Of a stretch of DNA of 64,000 nt, positions 60,690 through 64,000 are shown in pieces (position 1 is the stretch's first letter; each line of letters starts with the position of its first letter). Position numbers and translations under genes: made by a program. Below the pieces are notes generated by a model that was given only the letters and a program-made list of their open reading frames with translations, was not told where the DNA came from and did no database searches. The stretch comes from Nitrosopumilaceae archaeon. Its GTDB lineage: Archaea; Thermoproteota; Nitrososphaeria; Nitrososphaerales; Nitrosopumilaceae. The DNA is taken from the NCBI GenBank assembly GCA_965208905.1, contig OZ242365.1:96001-160000 (forward strand). The letters run 5' to 3'.

Positions 60690-61757
60690 ATGACACGCGA
60701 AGACCACGGCAGACGCATAGCATCAGAGAATAGAATTAGAAAACTGGGCAGGAACTCATACGCTGTACCATCTGAGACTATACAGAACCATGAGTATGTA
60801 GTACGACTGGGCAAGGTGGGATGGGTGTGTGAATGCCCCGACCATACTGAGAAAAAATCAGTATGTAAGCACATACACGCAGTCTTTGTATTTCGCAAGC
60901 CGGAGGCGCGTTCCATCTGGTATGTACCGGAAATACAGTGCCCCAAATGCCTTAGTAAACAGACGATATCGCGGGGCCAGAGCAGGTACTGTAAAATATG
61001 TAACTCGCGCTATGTACCTTATGGAATAAAGTCCCGTTTTGGGCTAGACACAATCATAGAGGGAATGAATATGGTGTATAGTGGTAGCTCACTCCGCAAG
61101 ACCGAATACATATTGGCGCAGCGCGGAATAGACGTATCGCATATAGGCATACTGAAATGGCTCTCCAAGTATGGCACAATGGTTGATGAATACATCAAGA
61201 CACTCCGGCCACGGGTTGGCGACCATTGGAGAATCGATGAAGTTTACATGAGTGTAGCCGGTGTACGGATGTATGCGTTTCATATGCTAGATACCGAGAC
61301 GCGATACGTAATAGACAGTATGGTTTCAGAGAATAAAGGCACGGATGATGTGCGACCGCTGTTCAGGTCATGCATGAATATAGCCGGCAAGAAGCCGTAT
61401 TTGTTGTCATCTGACGGTGCGGGGAATTTTGGTGAGGCGTGGCGCGATATATATAAACAGAAGAATCCGCGCGACATGTATACTATACATGAGAGTAAGG
61501 CTCGTGACAAGACCCCACTGCACAACAACCAGATGGAGTCGTGGAATGGGAATACGTTTAGGCTGCGCGAGCAGGGGTGTCGTGGATTGAAAAAACAGGA
61601 CTCTGTGATTCTGGCAGGGATACGAATCTACCATAATTTTATACGCCCACATCTTGCGCTGGGTGGAGATGTCCCGGCTGAGAGGGCAGGACTGCGTCTT
61701 GAGGGAGTGAATGGCCTCAAGATTTTAGTCCAGAATGCCGCGATGCAGAAAAAGTAA
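60690..61757 (+). CDS. IS6-family DDE transposase with N-terminal SWIM and Zn-ribbon
   Basis: CECPDH..CKH SWIM, CPKC..CKIC, WRIDEVY, SDG, NNQME; intact ORF. Confidence 0.88.
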   Translation: MTREDHGRRIASENRIRKLGRNSYAVPSETIQNHEYVVRLGKVGWVCECPDHTEKKSVCKHIHAVFVFRKPEARSIWYVPEIQCPKCLSKQTISRGQSRYCKICNSRYVPYGIKSRFGLDTIIEGMNMVYSGSSLRKTEYILAQRGIDVSHIGILKWLSKYGTMVDEYIKTLRPRVGDHWRIDEVYMSVAGVRMYAFHMLDTETRYVIDSMVSENKGTDDVRPLFRSCMNIAGKKPYLLSSDGAGNFGEAWRDIYKQKNPRDMYTIHESKARDKTPLHNNQMESWNGNTFRLREQGCRGLKKQDSVILAGIRIYHNFIRPHLALGGDVPAERAGLRLEGVNGLKILVQNAAMQKK

Positions 61758-61875
61758 GATTTACAAATTTTTTACAAAAAGCTATGAAAATTACATACTG
61801 TTTTTGAGTATATAAGCACGCGCGGATAAGTTACCAGCCCATGTCAAAAATAGCAGGGCGGTAACACGTCAATAC

Positions 61876-61936
61876 GGAACTGTCAAAAACTTGTGTGATG
61901 GCGTACACTGTCAAATTTGTGTGATGGTGTCAAAAA
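61876..61936 (+). repeat. Putative end of a second IS6 element with subterminal direct repeats
   Basis: GGAACTGTCAAAAA start; ACTGTCAAA..TTGTGTGATGG at 61879-61901 and 61907-61927. Confidence 0.55.
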
Positions 61937-62017
61937 GGGTACACGAATAGAAAAAGAACAACAAACAAACAACCTTGTAGTGTGATAATTTAAATGTGCA
62001 TGTTGTGTATATTGTAC

Positions 62018-62359
62018 ATGGAAAAAACACAAGATACGCCTCTTACCCGCGAAGAGTTTACACAATTCATGGCCGGATTTACTAAAGACCTGAATGTTGC
62101 GTTTACCAACTTTTCTGACAGTATAGACACCCAAATTATTCACATCTTTATGCGACTTGATGATATTGACCGAAGGATAGATAGGTTGGAAAGTAGAATA
62201 GGTAATATCGGGAGTAAAGTAGACAGTATGGGAAGTGATGTACATGACATAAAGAATGAGACAAAACTCATAACACCAATCTTTGAGTTGACACGTATGG
62301 ATGGGCATGATATTGGAGAACTCAAATTACGTGTAAGGAAATTAGAAACTCAATCCTAA
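62018..62359 (+). CDS. Small coiled-coil protein
   Basis: Heptad pattern RLDDIDRRIDRLESRI..RVRKLE; convergent with the transposase. Confidence 0.65.
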   Translation: MEKTQDTPLTREEFTQFMAGFTKDLNVAFTNFSDSIDTQIIHIFMRLDDIDRRIDRLESRIGNIGSKVDSMGSDVHDIKNETKLITPIFELTRMDGHDIGELKLRVRKLETQS

Positions 62360-63492
62360 ACATTTTTCTGTTGTTTAATATATGATTTAGTTGCAGCCTG
62401 TATCATCGTAAGATATTTGTTGTCTCCTTCAATATGTATTCCTGCGACCTCACCGGGTGTTTGGCCATCCAAACCAAGATGTGGTCTTACATAATTGTGG
62501 TATATGCGCAAGCCTGATAGTATAGCCGAATCATCTTTCTTCAAGCCACGTGTTACCTTCTCTCTATGTCGTAGTGTGGCACCGTTGAAGGATTCCATTT
62601 GGTTGTTGTTCATGTCACCAGCTAGATGTATGTGTCGCTCATGTTTAGATTCTTTGTGTAGAAAGTTCTTTGCTGCATACTGTTTCTTGTGGGCATGACT
62701 AAAGTTAGATGCACCATCTGATGTTAGTTGTTCTGGTACCTTGCCCGCTAACTGTTTGGCCTGTTTAAACATGGGTGCTACATCGTCATTACCCTTGTGT
62801 TCTGCGACCATCTTGGCCAGCCAGAATCTAGTCTCCGAGTCCAGCATGGCAAACAGGTATTTTCGTTCACCCTTTATCTTTAGATACATTTCATCAGTAC
62901 GCCACTTTTCACCAACTTGGGGCTGTATCTTATCCATGAACTTGTCCATCAAACGTGAATACTCGGTAGCCCAATTCAATACGGTTTGATGTGTAACCTT
63001 GACATTCATTCCCTTTAATGTAAATGCAGTCTTGCGGGTTGACAAACCACTAAACACCAAGTCAACAGCCATTGTAATCTGTTCAGGTGTGGCATGTTTG
63101 CCTTCAAAGCCTAGATTCTGTGTGAACCGTTTACCACAGTCTTTACACTTGTATTGTTGTACATTACCCCTTTTGAGTCGCCGTATGCTGTCCTTGACTA
63201 TATGTATAGAATCACAGAACTTACACTTTCCCAAGTCTATTTGTTTGATGGTAACTGATTGCTTGACGGCCTCACGCATTTTGCGTGATATTTCAACAGC
63301 ATGAATGTGCTTGCAGCATACATGTCTATATGTATGGTCAGGGCATGAGCATGTATAGCCACGTTCAGTAGATATTACATCATACTGCTTGTCGCTTGAC
63401 TGTGAGTTTACTTTGTATTCGGTGTCTGTTACACGGAATATTTGGTTTTGTTGTTGTGCTATTATTTTACCACGTTCTTGCCTAGTCGTCAT
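62356..63492 (-). CDS. IS6-family DDE transposase with SWIM and Zn-ribbon
   Basis: CSCPDH..CKH, CKFC..CKDC, WRTDEMY, TSDG, NNQME; ATG at 63492. Confidence 0.9.
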   Translation of the reverse strand: MTTRQERGKIIAQQQNQIFRVTDTEYKVNSQSSDKQYDVISTERGYTCSCPDHTYRHVCCKHIHAVEISRKMREAVKQSVTIKQIDLGKCKFCDSIHIVKDSIRRLKRGNVQQYKCKDCGKRFTQNLGFEGKHATPEQITMAVDLVFSGLSTRKTAFTLKGMNVKVTHQTVLNWATEYSRLMDKFMDKIQPQVGEKWRTDEMYLKIKGERKYLFAMLDSETRFWLAKMVAEHKGNDDVAPMFKQAKQLAGKVPEQLTSDGASNFSHAHKKQYAAKNFLHKESKHERHIHLAGDMNNNQMESFNGATLRHREKVTRGLKKDDSAILSGLRIYHNYVRPHLGLDGQTPGEVAGIHIEGDNKYLTMIQAATKSYIKQQKNV

Positions 63493-63664
63493 TATGTATA
63501 GGCCTCCAAAAACATAAATTGAAAACAAGTGTCAAGAGCTCTGAACGTTACAACCAGTTCACGGATTGCCTTTTGGGCGATCTCATTTTTCCTATCCTTC
63601 ATCATTGCTTTTCTTGCTTGCTTCATGTACTACTATGGTAATTTCCCATATATATAGTATACCA

Positions 63665-63684
63665 ATTTACCATATATGGTAAAT
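63665..63684. promoter_or_regulatory. 20-bp perfect palindrome between divergent promoters
   Basis: ATTTACCATATATGGTAAAT equals its own reverse complement; AT-rich TATA-like boxes on both sides. Confidence 0.6.
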
Positions 63685-63716
63685 AATTATATAATGTAAT
63701 ACTGGTAATTATTATA

Positions 63717-63872
63717 ATGAGTAGTACACAGGTAAAAGGTGATTATTGGTGCCATGAATGTAATCGCTGTGGCAATATATGGTATAGTAAGAATCAAACT
63801 CCCAAAAACTGTGCAAACATGAAGTGTAAATCTCCATACTGGAACAAGCCTAGAATACGTATTCCGAATTAA
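63717..63872 (+). CDS. 51-aa zinc-finger microprotein
   Basis: Hand translation MSSTQVKGDYWCHECNRCGNIWYSKNQTPKNCANMKCKSPYWNKPRIRIPN; below the ORF-track size cutoff. Confidence 0.7.
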   Translation: MSSTQVKGDYWCHECNRCGNIWYSKNQTPKNCANMKCKSPYWNKPRIRIPN

Positions 63873-63897
63873 GGAGAAATCGACAGCCTTGCAAAAT

Positions 63898-63939
63898 TAC
63901 AATGCAATACTGCGTACAATGCAATACTGCGTACAATGC
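63898..63939 (+). repeat. 17-bp tandem repeat TACAATGCAATACTGCG x~2.5
   Basis: Read directly from the sequence. Confidence 0.8.
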
Positions 63940-64000
63940 TCTAGATGATTACCTACAATATGAACCAACTGGGGGCCATCTATGAATGCCCGGCATTGCG

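Larger units (their letters stand above)
44415..61841. mobile_element. ~17.4-kb cargo transposon bounded by perfect 22-bp inverted repeats; single IS6-family transposase
   Basis: TGGGCTGGTAACTTATCCGCGC at 44415-44436 and its exact reverse complement at 61820-61841; transposase ends 62 bp inside the right repeat; no TSD. Confidence 0.8.

Noticed and set aside
63898-63939. Possible CRISPR array
   Set aside because: Head-to-tail 17-bp repeats without spacers. No repeat-spacer array or cas gene was seen anywhere in the window.

Overview
Archaeal DNA, almost certainly Nitrososphaerota (Thaumarchaeota, Nitrosopumilaceae/Cenarchaeum-like). Evidence: unsplit Rpo1, a PEFG-CTERM protein, archaeal shikimate enzymes and an intron-bearing tRNA. 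1-28 kb is mostly core genome: aro operon, msrB, fen1, tRNA-Ser, rpoH-B-A, a two-intron tRNA-Gln, S7/S12/NusA/L30e, GT2 and a ferredoxin. It is interrupted by two copies of a TnpB-only element bounded by 22-24 bp terminal inverted repeats (TIRs); copy 1 also has a perfect 8-bp target-site duplication (TSD). These are DDE-transposon hallmarks not expected for IS200/IS605/IS607 elements. 28-39 kb is a surface-glycan island with a NadE-cupin fusion and IS relics. 39-64 kb is a mobile/defence region. It contains (i) an ABC-ATPase plus putative nuclease pair; (ii) a decayed IS110 with two homologous, covarying bridge-RNA-like non-coding units and a nested IS1595; (iii) a ~17.4-kb segment bounded by perfect 22-bp inverted repeats, with one SWIM-IS6 transposase and defence cargo (DUF499 ATPase, DUF1156 methylase, SNF2 helicase, SIR2, HEPN-like, SocA-like); and (iv) a second IS6 element at the window edge. 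All family calls come from motif recognition by eye, not database searches.
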